From Gammaproteobacteria bacterium (GTDB taxonomy: Bacteria > Pseudomonadota > Gammaproteobacteria > CAJXQU01), in assembly GCA_965238175.1 (NCBI GenBank), contig CBDEGZ010000003.1, forward strand, positions 2,752,001-2,816,000: DNA of 64,000 nt, in the 5' to 3' direction. The notes beneath the pieces were generated by a model. It was not told the DNA's origin and searched no databases. It was given only the letters and a program-made list of their open reading frames with translations. Below are positions 1 to 9,905 of the stretch, one piece after another. Every line of letters starts with the position of its first letter. Within the stretch, counting starts at the first letter, position 1. The position numbers were made by a program, and so were the translations under genes.

Positions 1-2091
1 CGCACTGCCTTGTTGTTGATTGCCAGTTTCAAAAAAAGCCATCTGACCCAGCAAGTCACGCGCCTGACTATCCATCGTCTGACTCGCCGCCGCCGCTTGT
101 TCTACCAGGGCCGCATTTTGCTGCGTGCCTTGATCCATTTGCGTCACCGCTTTGTTCACTTGTTCAATACCCGATGACTGTTCTTGTGAGGCTGCTGCTA
201 TCTCAGCAATAATGTCGCTCACTTGTTTTGCAGATTCGGTGATTTCATCCAGCATCGTGCCTGACTCATCCACCAGACGAGAGCCGTCTTCAACTTTCTG
301 TACACTGTCGTTAATCAGGTTTTTGATTTCTTTCGCCGCACCCGCACTACGTTGTGCCAGGTTGCGTACTTCTGAGGCAACTACCGCAAATCCACGGCCT
401 TGCTCACCTGCGCGTGCCGCTTCTACCGCTGCATTTAGAGCCAGCAGGTTGGTCTGGAATGCGATTTCGTCGATGACGCCAATGATGTCGGAGATCTTAC
501 GACTGGAGTCGTTGATTTCTGACATCGCTGAGACTGCTTCACCCACTACTTCCCGGCCTTTTTCCGCTTGCTCTTTGGAGCTAACAGACAGTTGATTCGC
601 CTGACGTGCATTGTCGGCATTTTGTCGGACAGTTCCTGTCAGTTCTTCCATACTAGACGCCGTTTCTTCTAACGAGGACGCTTGTTGTTCTGTGCGGTTG
701 CTTAGGTCGTTATTACCTTGTGCAATTTCATTTGCTGAGGTCTGGATGTTAGACGCACCTTCGCGGATCTCACTGACCATTTTTAGCAAGTTGGCCACGC
801 AACCATTGACGGAGGATTGCAGGGTTTTAAATTCACCACTGTATTCACCTTCCATTTGTTGCGTCAGGTTACCGTCAGCGATGGAACTCATCACCCGGGC
901 TGTTTCTGACATGACGTGTTCTAATTCACGGGCCGCATTTTTTTGTTCGGTAATATTGGTCGCGTATTTAACCACTTTAAAGGGCTTGCCATTTGGATCA
1001 AATATCGGGTTGTAGGATGCTTGTAACCAAAGTTCAGTTCCGCCTTTACCCATCCGTTGGTATTGACCCGCGCTCAGTTGGCCATTGCCAAGGTTTTTCC
1101 AAAACGATTGGTATTCGACGCTGGCACGTTGCTCTGGGTCAACAAACATACTATGGTGTTTGCCGACGATTTCATCCAGGCTATAGCCAATGGTTGAGCA
1201 GAAGTTTTCGTTCGCCGTTAAGATCGTACCGTCCAATTCAAATTCAATCACCGCTTGTGCTTTGCTTATCGCATCAAGCTGGCCTGAGAAGTCGGCTTTT
1301 TCAATCGTTTCTTGGGTAATGTTACTAGCGTATTTGACCACTTTGAAGGGCTTGCCTTCTGGATCAAGTATCGGATTGTAAGACGCTTGTAACCAGATCT
1401 CGCTACCGTCTTTGGAGATCCGTTTATATTGGCCAGCATCGAATTGACCACTGCCAAGGTTTTTCCAGAATTGCTGATATTCCGCACTGGCACGTTGCTC
1501 TGGGTCAACAAATAGACTGTGGTGTTTGCCGATAATTTCATCGAGACCGTAACCGACCGTGGCGCAGAAGTTTTCATTCGCCGTTAAGATTGTGCCGTCC
1601 AGTTCGAATTCAATCACCGCTTGCGCTTTGCTGATGGCGTCAAGCTGACCTGAGAAGTCAGCTTTTTCGATCGTTTCTTGGGTAATGTTACTAGCGTATT
1701 TGACCACTTTGAAGGGCTTGCCATCGAGATCAAATATCGGGTTGTAAGACGCTTGTAACCAGATCTCGCTACCGTCTTTGGAGATCCGTTTATATTGGCC
1801 AGCATCGAATTGACCACTGCCAAGGTTTTTCCAGAATTGCTGATATTCCGCACTGCCACGTTGCTCTGGGTCAACAAATAGACTGTGGTGTTTGCCGACA
1901 ATTTCATCGAGACCGTAACCGACTGTGGTGCAGAAGTTTTCGTTCGCCGTTAATATCGTACCGTCCAGTTCGAATTCAATCACCGCTTGCGCTTTGCTGA
2001 TCGCAGCGAGCTGGCCCTCGTAATCTGCAAGCTTAAGTCGTTCATCTTCCGCTGTTGCTGCGTCATTAGTCGTATTGCTATCTTTTGCCAT
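1..2091 (-). CDS. Methyl-accepting chemotaxis protein with three tandem PAS domains (cytoplasmic, BdlA/Aer-like); 3' end runs off the window
   Basis: Absent from the ORF track because it is open at the window edge. Manual translation from ATG 2091 (SD GAGGA): MAKDSNTT...[24 protein letters not shown]...[11 protein letters not shown]...KVVKYA repeated three times, then the MCP core [40 protein letters not shown]. Confidence 0.95.
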   Translation of the reverse strand, partial: MAKDSNTTNDAATAEDERLKLADYEGQLAAISKAQAVIEFELDGTILTANENFCTTVGYGLDEIVGKHHSLFVDPEQRGSAEYQQFWKNLGSGQFDAGQYKRISKDGSEIWLQASYNPIFDLDGKPFKVVKYASNITQETIEKADFSGQLDAISKAQAVIEFELDGTILTANENFCATVGYGLDEIIGKHHSLFVDPEQRASAEYQQFWKNLGSGQFDAGQYKRISKDGSEIWLQASYNPILDPEGKPFKVVKYASNITQETIEKADFSGQLDAISKAQAVIEFELDGTILTANENFCSTIGYSLDEIVGKHHSMFVDPEQRASVEYQSFWKNLGNGQLSAGQYQRMGKGGTELWLQASYNPIFDPNGKPFKVVKYATNITEQKNAARELEHVMSETARVMSSIADGNLTQQMEGEYSGEFKTLQSSVNGCVANLLKMVSEIREGASNIQTSANEIAQGNNDLSNRTEQQASSLEETASSMEELTGTVRQNADNARQANQLSVSSKEQAEKGREVVGEAVSAMSEINDSSRKISDIIGVIDEIAFQTNLLALNAAVEAARAGEQGRGFAVVASEVRNLAQRSAGAAKEIKNLINDSVQKVEDGSRLVDESGTMLDEITESAKQVSDIIAEIAAASQEQSSGIEQVNKAVTQMDQGTQQNAALVEQAAAASQTMDSQARDLLGQMAFFETGNQQQGSA
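915..2010 (-). repeat. Three 366-bp (122-aa) tandem PAS-PAC repeats inside the MCP
   Basis: CAATCACCGC recurs at 1245, 1611 and 1977 (period 366). The two N-terminal copies are nearly identical in nucleotide sequence. Boundaries are approximate. Confidence 0.92.
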
Positions 2092-2111
2092 GTGTTTATC
2101 CTCTGTCTCTT

Positions 2112-2139
2112 TTAACGGCGCTACTTCTGTTCTTCTATA
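2112..2139 (-). promoter_or_regulatory. Possible internal sigma-28 promoter for the MCP
   Basis: Minus strand TATA-N16-GCCGTTAA versus consensus TAAA-N15-GCCGATAA; good -10, weak -35 and spacing. Confidence 0.3.
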
Positions 2140-2201
2140 GTTAAATCTTTACATTCGAAATTCGTCTTTAAAGCCCATCAATTCTAGTGTCGCCGTGGGG
2201 A

Positions 2202-2735
2202 TCAGCTAACTGCCGTATGATCAAAATTGATCATTTGATCAATATCGAGCAATACGACCATTTTTCCATCGACCGATGTCAAACCTTTTACAAAATTAAT
2301 ATCAATACCTTCTCCTGATTCAGGAGCCTCCTGGATCGATTCATGTTCTATTGAGTAGACATCTGATATCGCCTCGACCATAAAACCGACGGTTCTTTCT
2401 TTGTCACCATCTTCAATCTTAAGTACAATAACAACGGTTGTTTTACTAGATTCAATCGGATCTAATCCAAACCGTTGACGCAGATCAACTACAGGAACAA
2501 TTGCGCCACGTAAATTGATCACGCCTTTTAGATAATCTGGTGCGTTCGGAATTTCTGTTGCTCTATCCCAACATTTGATCTCTTGTACACGAAGAATATC
2601 CACTCCGTATTCTTCGCCTGCTACAAAAAAACTAAGGAACTGAGCAGAATTTAAATCTTGTTCTGCATTCATCATGGCAAATATCTCAGCCTGATCTGTT
2701 GCTATTTTTTCTGCTTGTGTTTCTACCATTTCCAT
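2202..2735 (-). CDS. cheW: Chemotaxis coupling protein CheW
   Basis: QFLSFFVAGEEYGVDILRVQEIK...GVINLRGAIVPVVDLR; lies between cheA and the MCP. Confidence 0.96.
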   Translation of the reverse strand: MEMVETQAEKIATDQAEIFAMMNAEQDLNSAQFLSFFVAGEEYGVDILRVQEIKCWDRATEIPNAPDYLKGVINLRGAIVPVVDLRQRFGLDPIESSKTTVVIVLKIEDGDKERTVGFMVEAISDVYSIEHESIQEAPESGEGIDINFVKGLTSVDGKMVVLLDIDQMINFDHTAVS

Positions 2736-2754
2736 AAATTTATTTCCTGTAGGC

Positions 2755-4896
2755 TTAAGCTACTGCGTCTTCTTTGATCACTTCCTGTGGTTTCGCTATT
2801 ACTTTATGTTTGATGGTTCTTGATAATGCGGAAAGACTCGATAAATCGAGAATCATTGCGACGGTGCCATCACCCAAAATAGTTGCTCCAGAAATACCTT
2901 CAACTTTGTCGTAGTTAGTTTCCAGACTTTTGATTACCACCTGTTGTTGGGCCAACAGGTCGTCTACAAAAATACCCACTTTCTGACCTTCAGCTTCAGC
3001 AACCACCAATAAGCCTTTTTCAAGCTCAGTACTGTCTGGAGTAATGTTGAAAATACTGTGTAGACGAAGCACTGAAATGTATTCTTCGCGTAATTTATAT
3101 AACTCAGCTTTACCAGCGACGGAATTGCAGTTTTCGGTTTCAATTTGTAACGACTCAACAATCGATATTAATGGGATAATGTAGACTTGTTCGCCTACAC
3201 GAATTAATTGTCCATCCAATATTGCAAGTGTTAGTGGTAAGCGGATTGTAAAAGTTGAACCTTTGCCTGTTTCGGATTTTATTTCGATCTTGCCACCAAG
3301 ATCGCGGATGTTTCTCATCACAACATCCATACCCACACCGCGACCTGATACATCACTTACTTCGGTGGCAGTTGAGAAACCTGGAGCAAAGATCAATTCA
3401 TGGATCTTGTCATCCGATAAAACTTCATCTGGACCAACCAATCCATTTTCTTGAGCTTTACTAAGAATTCGTTCTTTATTTAAACCTGCGCCATCATCGA
3501 TAATTTCGATGACAATATTGCCACCTTCATGAAAGGCATTCAAATTAATCGTACCCACTTCTGATTTTCCAGCAGCGAGTCTTACATCTGGCATTTCAAT
3601 ACCATGGTCAAGGGAGTTTCTTACCAGGTGAACTAGTGGATCACCAATTTTCTCCATTACAGATTTATCAAGTTCTGTTGATTCACCTGTTAGTTTCAAT
3701 TCTATGTTTTTGCCCAGTTTTGAAGCTAAATCTCTGACTAATCGTGGGAAGCGGTTAAAGGAGAAACTGATCGGCAGCATTCTAATCTGCATAACGTTCT
3801 CTTGTAACTCGCGAGTGTTACTTTTGAGTTCATCAATACCATCTTGAAGTTTTTCAAGATCTTCAACTTTAAAATTTTCACTAATTTGACTGAGCATTGA
3901 TTGCGTAATAACCAATTCACCGACCATGTTGATCAGCGTGTCAATTTTGTCGGTTCCAACACGTATAGACGTACTCTCACTCGCGGCACTCTTGTTTGCT
4001 TTTTTCTTTGAGGATGCAGCTGCTGGAGCAGGCGCGACACTTTTTTCTGGTTCTGATTTCTCAGCGACTGGAGGAGCTTGGTCAGGAGTCGGCTCCGTGG
4101 CAATTGATACCGAATCTACTTCGTCAGGCGTTGTATCTAACGACCATTGCTCAGCCATTTGACTAATTGTTAAATCACAATCTTCATCTACCCATTCAAA
4201 AATTTCTAAAATATCTGCTTCTGAACAGTCGCCTTGTAAATCAATCTCCCATGACATATACGATTCTTCAGGATTTAAATCCTCAAGAGAGGGTAATTCT
4301 GTATGGTTCACAACAACGGTTAACTCACCCAGATGTTCTAATTCGCGGAACATTTTTACTGGATCATTACCCGTTTTAAACAAATGCGGATGTGGAAAAA
4401 ATGTTATTTTCCATAAACGATCTGTTGCTTCCTCAGCTACTGGAGTATCAGTAGATTCCGCTTCAGCAATCACTTCCGTAGAATTTTTACTCGCATCATT
4501 ACTAGAACCATTTGCAAGCATTGTCTCAAGATCTTGCTGCAAAGTGTTTTTGGTATCCTTATCAATTTCCTCACCAGCATCAACAGCTGATAGCATTTCG
4601 CGTAAACAATCGACACTGAGTAAAAGCAGATCAACACCTTCTCGTGTTACTGCTCTCACACCATCTCGCATCTCATCCAGTAAGGTTTCCATTACGTGGG
4701 TAAAACTGGCCACGTCTGTAAATCCGAATGTTCCAGCCCCTCCTTTTATGGAATGTGCTGCACGAAAAATTGTATTGATTTCTTCGTCATCTGCTGCACC
4801 CAGATCAAGATCCATCAAACCCGTTTCCATAATATCAAGTCCTTCGAAACTTTCTTCGAAGAAAATCTGATGAAATTGGGACATATCAATGGACAT
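2755..4896 (-). CDS. cheA: Chemotaxis histidine kinase CheA
   Basis: Hpt motif IFRAAHSIKGGAG, dimerization domain, HATPase GRGVGMDVV, C-terminal CheW domain. Confidence 0.98.
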   Translation of the reverse strand: MSIDMSQFHQIFFEESFEGLDIMETGLMDLDLGAADDEEINTIFRAAHSIKGGAGTFGFTDVASFTHVMETLLDEMRDGVRAVTREGVDLLLLSVDCLREMLSAVDAGEEIDKDTKNTLQQDLETMLANGSSNDASKNSTEVIAEAESTDTPVAEEATDRLWKITFFPHPHLFKTGNDPVKMFRELEHLGELTVVVNHTELPSLEDLNPEESYMSWEIDLQGDCSEADILEIFEWVDEDCDLTISQMAEQWSLDTTPDEVDSVSIATEPTPDQAPPVAEKSEPEKSVAPAPAAASSKKKANKSAASESTSIRVGTDKIDTLINMVGELVITQSMLSQISENFKVEDLEKLQDGIDELKSNTRELQENVMQIRMLPISFSFNRFPRLVRDLASKLGKNIELKLTGESTELDKSVMEKIGDPLVHLVRNSLDHGIEMPDVRLAAGKSEVGTINLNAFHEGGNIVIEIIDDGAGLNKERILSKAQENGLVGPDEVLSDDKIHELIFAPGFSTATEVSDVSGRGVGMDVVMRNIRDLGGKIEIKSETGKGSTFTIRLPLTLAILDGQLIRVGEQVYIIPLISIVESLQIETENCNSVAGKAELYKLREEYISVLRLHSIFNITPDSTELEKGLLVVAEAEGQKVGIFVDDLLAQQQVVIKSLETNYDKVEGISGATILGDGTVAMILDLSSLSALSRTIKHKVIAKPQEVIKEDAVA

Positions 4897-4954
4897 AAAC
4901 TACTCCTCGTTTAATGTTGACTAATAGTTATAACCTGACAAGCCAGCATACGAA

Positions 4955-5317
4955 TTAACCGACTACTTTTTTCACCGTGCTTAATAATTGGTTAGGATTG
5001 AATGGTTTTACCAGCCAGCCGGTGGCACCTGCAGATTTTCCTTCTGCTTTTTTGTCTGCCGAAGATTCTGTCGTCAACATAAGCATTGGCGTAAACTTAT
5101 AACTAGGAAGTTTTCGTAATTCCCGAATTAGTGTGATGCCATCCATATTTGGCATATTCACATCCGTTAGTACCATGTTGACACTCTGACCTTTTGCTTT
5201 GTTTAATGCGTCGACACCATCCACCGCTTCAATGACGTCGTAGCCTGCGCCTTTCAGTGTAAACGTTACCATTTGACGCATAGATGCAGAATCATCGACC
5301 GCTAAAATACTTGGCAT
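4955..5317 (-). CDS. cheY: Chemotaxis response regulator CheY
   Basis: Single receiver domain (ILAVDDS, LTDVNMPNMDG, WLVKPF) directly upstream of cheA. Confidence 0.95.
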   Translation of the reverse strand: MPSILAVDDSASMRQMVTFTLKGAGYDVIEAVDGVDALNKAKGQSVNMVLTDVNMPNMDGITLIRELRKLPSYKFTPMLMLTTESSADKKAEGKSAGATGWLVKPFNPNQLLSTVKKVVG

Positions 5318-5387
5318 GACTTATGTTCTCCTTTTTAAAACTTAAAATTAAACCTTAAAAATTTTTATCAAAACTATTACAGAGTCC

Positions 5388-5414
5388 TTATCGACAATTG
5401 CTGGTTATGCTTTA
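5388..5414 (-). promoter_or_regulatory. Sigma-28 (FliA) promoter of the che operon
   Basis: Minus strand TAAA-gcataaccagcaatt(15 nt)-GTCGATAA, one mismatch from TAAA-N15-GCCGATAA, ~70 nt upstream of cheY. Confidence 0.8.
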
Positions 5415-5554
5415 ATAAATATTCGCTTATATTGAAAATCAGAAATTAGTCTGTTTTTTAAGGCAAGATACAGACCAGTTGTCTGTATTACGTGTGTGGT
5501 TTTATTGGATTTTTTAGAGCAGGGTTAGGAGAGAGGTAAACAAATAACTTAACA

Positions 5555-5576
5555 AAAGGGCACCGAAGTGCCCTTT
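5555..5576 (-). terminator. Rho-independent terminator after the SoxYZ-like gene
   Basis: AAAGGGCAC-CGAA-GTGCCCTTT hairpin with flanking A/T tracts. Confidence 0.85.
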
Positions 5577-5600
5577 AAGTAAACTAGCAGAAGATATTTA

Positions 5601-6419
5601 TCAGCCTTCAACATCAAATGATTCAACCCATTCTAGTCCATCAGAGTCTGAAACCGTTGCAGTTACTTTCCCCTTTCCTTCTGGTTTAAAGAAAAAACGA
5701 AAACTCGGATCAGCACTGATGGAAATACCAACTTCGGCTGACATGATGGGTTTATCATTGTACGCAAGCGCAACTTTCTTGACGTAATGAGCCGGGGTTA
5801 TCAAGCGAGTACGCTGGTCAAGCTGCATGCCTGTAATATTAGGATGACTGACCATATACTGTGACAAACTCGTACCATCTTCGGTTCCTTCTCCATCTAT
5901 GGTTCGAAATTTCATATTACCCATACGATCCATTGCAGCAGCGAGATCAGCTGCAAGCGGTGCAGAACATCCGCCTTGCGCTTTAACGAAATTAGTCACC
6001 ATATGATGTTCGCCAGTATTCAATGCTGCAACGACACGAACATTAGTGTACTCATTTATTCGTATGCGCATTGCAAGATCAGCTTTACCCATTTCAGGGG
6101 TCATATTAAACACACCTACTAGTGGTTCTGGGTTTTTATCGACAATCAAATAGATTTTCTCGATAAAAAGATCTTTTGTCTGTGGGATCTGGGCAGTGAT
6201 ACTGACTGGCGTTACTGCAGCATCTTCAGCTCGATAAGGTGTTGTTAAATCAACCACTGTTTTATCCTCAATGATTTCAATATCCTTAAAGAACTTATCC
6301 TTCAAAAATGTTTCCCAGGCACCCGCTTCAGATTTCTCTTCGGCCCAAACAGATGTTGTTGCCACAGCAAGCAAAGCTAAAACGACTACTTTTCCTATTT
6401 CTAATATTAGATTTCTCAT
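5601..6419 (-). CDS. Fused SoxY-SoxZ-like periplasmic carrier (quinoprotein dehydrogenase-associated SoxYZ-like family)
   Basis: Signal peptide; RAEDAAVTPV, IVDKNPEP, RIRINEYTNVRVVA, KAQGGCSAP (SoxY GGC arm), HPNITGMQLDQ, ISISADPSFRF. Confidence 0.88.
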   Translation of the reverse strand: MRNLILEIGKVVVLALLAVATTSVWAEEKSEAGAWETFLKDKFFKDIEIIEDKTVVDLTTPYRAEDAAVTPVSITAQIPQTKDLFIEKIYLIVDKNPEPLVGVFNMTPEMGKADLAMRIRINEYTNVRVVAALNTGEHHMVTNFVKAQGGCSAPLAADLAAAMDRMGNMKFRTIDGEGTEDGTSLSQYMVSHPNITGMQLDQRTRLITPAHYVKKVALAYNDKPIMSAEVGISISADPSFRFFFKPEGKGKVTATVSDSDGLEWVESFDVEG

Positions 6420-6452
6420 TTTCTATCTCCTACGTTTAAAAACTTGGACAAA

Positions 6453-7043
6453 TTACGCCTTAGAAGGTTGCGTAATTCCGACCAATGATAAAATAATTTC
6501 TGAGGTTGACTCAAGACGGCTACGATCTTCAAAGGCTTTTGCAACTACCATCGCACCCTCCAAAGAGGAAACCATCATTCTCGAGAGTCTTGTCGCTGAA
6601 GCAGGTAACTCAATTTCACCCGCTTTTGCACCTTCTTCAAGAATATTACAAACCCACTGTTCACCACGAAGCCAAAAAACCCTCACCTCATCTCGCACAT
6701 CTTCAGGGATTGTGCCTTGGGTAGTAGCCATCATGCAGAATGGGCATAGTCGTCCATCCCCATAGGTTTCGAGAAAAATTCCACTAAACTTTCTAAGTCG
6801 TACCTCAATACTACCGCCTTCAGCATCAATACCAGCTAATCCTTGTTCAAACATTCCTCTAATTCTAGCGAGCATCGCTTTAGCCAGATCAGTTTTTGCC
6901 GGATAATAATAATGAATACTTGCTGTTTTAATACCGATACGTTCAGAAATATCACGATAACTAAAAGCGTGATAGCCACGGGTTTGCACCATTTCCTGTG
7001 CAACATCCATAATTTTCTCAGCAGTATTTGAGTCTCTAACCAT
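6453..7043 (-). CDS. TetR/AcrR-family transcriptional regulator (NemR/LmrA-like)
   Basis: HTH GYHAFSYRDISERIGIKTASIHYYYPAK; C-terminal domain with LCPFC. Confidence 0.93.
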   Translation of the reverse strand: MVRDSNTAEKIMDVAQEMVQTRGYHAFSYRDISERIGIKTASIHYYYPAKTDLAKAMLARIRGMFEQGLAGIDAEGGSIEVRLRKFSGIFLETYGDGRLCPFCMMATTQGTIPEDVRDEVRVFWLRGEQWVCNILEEGAKAGEIELPASATRLSRMMVSSLEGAMVVAKAFEDRSRLESTSEIILSLVGITQPSKA

Positions 7044-7064
7044 TTCTACCTTTTCACATTAACC

Positions 7065-7103
7065 TACCTACTAGTAGAATAGATTATACCTACTTGTAGA
7101 TAG
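7065..7103. promoter_or_regulatory. Tandem palindromic operators, probably bound by the adjacent TetR
   Basis: TACCTACTAGTAGAATAG (7065-7082) and TACCTACTTGTAGATAG (7087-7103): CTAC-NN-GTAG cores 22 bp apart in the divergent promoter region. Confidence 0.65.
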
Positions 7104-7238
7104 AATCAAGGTATGTATCGATTTAGTCTATTAACTGTTTTTATTATTCTGAGATTAAGTAGCTAGGAGCTGTTGATCTTTAAGGTTCTTCATCAAAAGA
7201 TTATGGATCGAGATTCATTGATTGATTATCATGTTCTG

Positions 7239-7757
7239 ATGTCAAACCGAATCATAATAGTTATTCTGCTTAGCATTATTTTCGCTAGTTTAGCGATTAT
7301 AAAAAACCAGCTATTCCCCAACTTAGATATAACAAGATCAGAAATACCAAGCCCTTCGATCGCAGCCGTCAGTGAAAATCAGCAAAAAATTATTGGCGAG
7401 ACCCATTACCTGTTTGATGTTGCTGATCATGGTCCTGTCCAGATAAAAACCTTACTAGAACGTGCTGAAAGTCTTTCTACTGAAGCTAAATACAATAATG
7501 AGAGTAGTCGAATAGCGATGGTTATTCACGGCCCAGATATTAAAATTTTTGAGAAGAAATACTATCAGGCAAATAAAGAGATTGTTGATCTAGCTGCTCG
7601 GCTAGATGCTCAAAATATAATCGATTTTAAAGTATGTAAGGTATCTGCTAGCTCACGCGGAATTAAGGAGTCCAGCTTTCCTGCATTTATGGAAATTGTT
7701 CCCTTCTCTGTTGACGAAATAAAAAGGCTTGAAAAGCAAGGCTATATCCAACTATAA
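7239..7757 (+). CDS. DsrE-like protein with N-terminal membrane anchor
   Basis: RIAMVIHGPDIKIF...RLDAQNIIDFKVC...EIKRLEKQGYIQL resembles DsrE/F-like proteins. ATG 7239 chosen because a hydrophobic anchor follows it. Confidence 0.7.
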   Translation: MSNRIIIVILLSIIFASLAIIKNQLFPNLDITRSEIPSPSIAAVSENQQKIIGETHYLFDVADHGPVQIKTLLERAESLSTEAKYNNESSRIAMVIHGPDIKIFEKKYYQANKEIVDLAARLDAQNIIDFKVCKVSASSRGIKESSFPAFMEIVPFSVDEIKRLEKQGYIQL

Positions 7758-7779
7758 AGAATTAAGGGAAATATTAAGT

Positions 7780-8286
7780 ATGTCCAAACAAAAAAAATCA
7801 CTCTATATGACCGTTTTAATGACACCTGACATGGCTAATTTCTCAGGTGTGGTACATGGTGGAGCCTTACTAAAATTACTAGATCAAGTTGCCTATTCTT
7901 GTGCTGCCCGTTACTCCCAAAGCTACGTTGTTACTTTGTTCTTGGATCAAGTGCACTTCAAAGAACCTATCCATGTTGGAGAGCTAGTTACCTTTCGAGC
8001 AAACGTCAATTACGTGGGAACAACCTCTATGGAAGTGGGTGTTAAGGTTGTTGCAGAAAACCTCCAAACCCAAAACTCAAGGCACACAAATTCCTGTTAT
8101 TTCACGATGGTTGCAAAAGATAAAGATGGAAAAACACAAGAATTACCACCATTGGAAATAACATCAGAAGTAGAAGAAAAATTATTTGAAGCTGCTCAAA
8201 TGCGTACTACATTACGAAAAGAGATCATGGAAAAAAATCAGAAATTACATGTAGATGGTTTAGATGCAGAACGTCCCTGGTTATAA
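7780..8286 (+). CDS. Acyl-CoA thioesterase (hotdog fold, YciA-like)
   Basis: MTPDMANFSGVVHGGALLKLLDQVA, VNYVGTTSMEVGV. Confidence 0.93.
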   Translation: MSKQKKSLYMTVLMTPDMANFSGVVHGGALLKLLDQVAYSCAARYSQSYVVTLFLDQVHFKEPIHVGELVTFRANVNYVGTTSMEVGVKVVAENLQTQNSRHTNSCYFTMVAKDKDGKTQELPPLEITSEVEEKLFEAAQMRTTLRKEIMEKNQKLHVDGLDAERPWL

Positions 8287-8326
8287 GCACAAGGTTTAAA
8301 AGCATCTTAAATAATATAAAAAATGA

Positions 8327-9292
8327 TCAAAAATGCTGATAACCTGTACTTTTAATGCCATGCAAAGAACCATCTTTTGATACACACCGTAAGCCTGGTT
8401 TAGATTCTATAACACCAATTTTGGCGATCTGACAAATTGTCCGTAACTCTTCAAGCTGATCCTTTTTATCTGCAGGCACTGTAAAGCATAATTCGTAATC
8501 ATCACCACCAGATAAAGCCAGATCCCAGCCAATATCAACCGCTTTTTCGAGTTCCATTTCTAATTCTGCACATAATGCCAATGATAAGGGGATCTGATCA
8601 ATATCTAGCTGAGCACCAACACCACTAGCAGATAATATATGTGTTAAATCAGCAACTAAACCATCTGATATATCAATTGCACTACTGGCAATATTTCGTA
8701 AACAAAGCCCAGCTTCTACTCGCGGTATCGGTCGAGTCAAACGTTCTTTTAACCACAAGCTGTTTTTAGTACTCGCTGACCAAAATTTTAGACCGGCGGC
8801 GGCATCGCCCAATGTTCCAGTGACATAAACCAAATCTCCCACGCTCGCACCAGACCGAGTTAGCCATTCCTGATCAGGAATAAAACCAAAAGCTTGAATG
8901 GTAATACTCAGCGGTCCTCGGGTTGTATCACCACCGATCAACTGAACATTATAGTCTTTAGCTAAACCAAAAAGTCCCGATGCAAAAGCTTTCAACCAAG
9001 TCTGGTTTGATTCGGGTATCGTCAAGGCCAGCGTTATCCAGGCAGGCTCTGCTCCCATTGCTGCAAGATCGCTTAAATTGATAGCTAGTGCACGATAACC
9101 AATGTCGCGAGGTTTCATATCGATTGGAAAATGCACGCCGGCAATCATCGTATCTGTGGTGATAGCTAATTTTGATCCGCTTGGGACATTTACTAATGCC
9201 GCATCATCACCCATTCCCAAGCAAACATCTTGTCTATCAGTTATCTGTTGTTGAAAAATTTGCTGAATGATTTCGAACTCTGAGAGAGACAT
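8327..9292 (-). CDS. thiL: Thiamine-monophosphate kinase
   Basis: GDDAA, NLSDLAAMGA, GGDTT, DISDGL, GGDDYELCF; follows nusB. Confidence 0.97.
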   Translation of the reverse strand: MSLSEFEIIQQIFQQQITDRQDVCLGMGDDAALVNVPSGSKLAITTDTMIAGVHFPIDMKPRDIGYRALAINLSDLAAMGAEPAWITLALTIPESNQTWLKAFASGLFGLAKDYNVQLIGGDTTRGPLSITIQAFGFIPDQEWLTRSGASVGDLVYVTGTLGDAAAGLKFWSASTKNSLWLKERLTRPIPRVEAGLCLRNIASSAIDISDGLVADLTHILSASGVGAQLDIDQIPLSLALCAELEMELEKAVDIGWDLALSGGDDYELCFTVPADKKDQLEELRTICQIAKIGVIESKPGLRCVSKDGSLHGIKSTGYQHF

Positions 9293-9294
9293 GT

Positions 9295-9738
9295 TCAGGA
9301 AGCCTTGATCTCCATTTTCCTGAGATTTTTTGCCAACTTATCAAGTGAACCGTTGATAAATTTGTAGCTATCCGTGGCACCAAACATTTTAGCGAGTTCC
9401 ACCGCTTCGTTGACAACTACTTTGTAAGGAATTTCAAGACATTTTGCCAATTCATAACAACCTATCATTAGGACTGAGAACTCAACAGGATCAAGTGCAT
9501 CTAACTCTTTATCAATAACGGATGAAAGATGTTGTTTTAATTCTTCAGCATGCTCAGGAATTTCAATCGTCAGTTGCTTGAAATAATTCATATCAACCTT
9601 GATCAATTCTCGCTCTGCTACGAATTCCGTCAAAATATCTTTTGGATTCTGCCCTGCTAGTTGCCACTGATATAAGGCCTGGACAACACAACGCCTGGCA
9701 CGCACTCGACCACGAATTGAAGAATGATTATTAGACAA
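9295..9738 (-). CDS. nusB: Transcription antitermination factor NusB
   Basis: RARRCVVQALYQW, PYKVVVNEAVELAKMFG, KFINGSLD. Probable TTG start at 9738; the longer track ORF reads into a MITE. Confidence 0.95.
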   Translation of the reverse strand: MSNNHSSIRGRVRARRCVVQALYQWQLAGQNPKDILTEFVAERELIKVDMNYFKQLTIEIPEHAEELKQHLSSVIDKELDALDPVEFSVLMIGCYELAKCLEIPYKVVVNEAVELAKMFGATDSYKFINGSLDKLAKNLRKMEIKAS

Positions 9739-9743
9739 AACTT

Positions 9744-9905
9744 GGGAACCTCTGATTAATTCTGGACAGGTCAGACTGAGAGTCAAAATAATCAAAGTCA
9801 AGGCGCAAAGCGCAAGTGATAGTGGTTCTATTACTCAGTTTTGCAACGCTGAATTTGATTATTTGGGACTCAAGCTGACCGTTCATGTATTAATCAGTGG
9901 CTCCC
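9744..9905. mobile_element. MITE-like palindromic element (162 bp) between ribH and nusB
   Basis: Terminal IRs GGGAACCTCTGATTAAT / ATTAATCAGTGGCTCCC, plus nested internal IRs GGTCAGACTGAGAGTC/GACTCAAGCTGACC and AAATAATCAAA/TTTGATTATTT. Confidence 0.8.

Noticed and set aside
152-1907. Several track ORFs (152-595, 611-1015, 993-1319, 1266-1577, 1614-1907), two of them near-identical
   Set aside because: Antisense or alternative-frame shadows of the MCP; the similarity reflects the PAS repeats.
9739-9801. N-terminal extension of NusB (MTLIILTLSL...)
   Set aside because: It is a read-through of the MITE sequence; NusB similarity starts near the TTG at 9738.
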